This document shows positions 63,166 to 64,000 of a DNA stretch of 64,000 bases, piece by piece (the first letter of the stretch is position 1; each line of letters starts with the position of its first letter). Origin of the DNA: Lama glama (taxonomy: Eukaryota). The DNA lies in contig CM052817.1 in NCBI GenBank assembly GCA_028534125.1, positions 80,602,001 through 80,666,000 of the forward strand, in the 5' to 3' direction. The notes below the pieces were generated by a model, which was given only the letters and a program-made list of their open reading frames with translations, did no database searches and was not told the DNA's origin. Both the position numbers and the translations under genes were made by a program.

Positions 63166-64000
63166 TATTTAATACTAGTTGTAAAGTGACGGCAATAGGC
63201 CTTTAAAGTCAGGAAATTGGGATTGGTTTTATGACCTGGTTGGATTTGAGCGCATTTACAATCTGGTTACCACTGGAAAATGAGACACTGGTAGTTCATG
63301 GCATCTAGTGGCAAAGCAGTTACTCAAAGTGTCGCTTGTGATATCCTTGAACCAGGTGCTCTATTAAATGTGTTTTGTCAGACTGAGTATCTATTATTTT
63401 GTTAGACCATTAGGATAGTAATGAAAAATTCAAGATGAGGTGGGATAGCTGCTTCCAGCTGTGCTGAAATTTCCTGTAGTTAAGGAAAATGAGAACAAGC
63501 TCAAATTCCTGGTTCAAGGCCCCGGGTCCAGGGAGCTTCTCTGACTGCTCTCAATGAACCACTTATCTTGTAGTCAAAAGGCCAGTGTAGCTGGGCAGTC
63601 TTAGTGTGTAGATGAATTCATATTCTTGCCAGATCACTTATAAGAACCTAAAATGTTGATAAGGAAAAGTGAACCTGAGACTTGAAATACGGCCTTTTGG
63701 GTTGATTTGGGTGAATTTTAATACCTTGAACCACCAAATTGCTCTGTGTCTCCCTAAACAGCAGTGGCATTCCTCTTACCTGTCTGGTTAAGCTCGTGGC
63801 ACCTCCCGCATGGTGTCTGGCCATGAGGGCTTGTCTGTCCCCTCCACACTCTGCCTCTGTTACCTCCTCACACGTACAACTCCCAGTGTGCTTTAGGGAG
63901 ATCAGTACAGGTGTGTCCATGGATGAAACAGTTATATGACAAAATCATTCCAACATATAGCCAATATGTATCAGAAGAAATTTGGAGATGAGACATGGAA

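Noticed and set aside
63299..63314. CTCF-like CCACTAGATGCCA on the minus strand
   Set aside because: Mismatch at a conserved core G, next to a decayed MIR
1..64000. CRISPR arrays, operons, rRNA, NUMT or non-retroviral viral inserts
   Set aside because: No spaced repeat array, gene-dense region, or mitochondrial/viral protein motif seen; the sequence is mammalian nuclear DNA

Overview
Mammalian non-coding DNA, most likely camelid (alpaca, llama or camel): three tRNA-Ala-derived SINEs resemble Vic-1, the L1 3' ends are cetartiodactyl-type, and I saw no Alu, B1, Bov-tA or PRE-1. I recognise no intact protein-coding gene. The window looks like part of one very large intron, probably of a + strand gene, or else intergenic DNA. 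Much of it is transposon debris: MIR, L2, old and young L1, ERVL/ERV1/MaLR LTRs, and hAT/mariner MITEs. Nearly all listed ORFs are chance frames or decayed L1/L2/ERVL fragments. Best-supported oddities: (i) a tailless 5'-half tRNA-Lys(CTT) retrocopy between 15-bp direct repeats (46398-46469); (ii) a nested ERVL-in-ERVL structure (25.6-31.1 kb), where an IN-dUTPase-MLT2 LTR piece lacking a 5' LTR splits an older RT almost cleanly; (iii) an L1 with an apparently swapped 3' tail inside one TSD pair; (iv) a twin-priming-type inverted L1; (v) a TpCpG-rich micro-cluster with a 55-codon ORF, a candidate 75-nt cassette exon and several enhancer-like motif clusters. Repeat family names come from my recall of consensus sequences, not from a search. 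I found no convincing new biological system.
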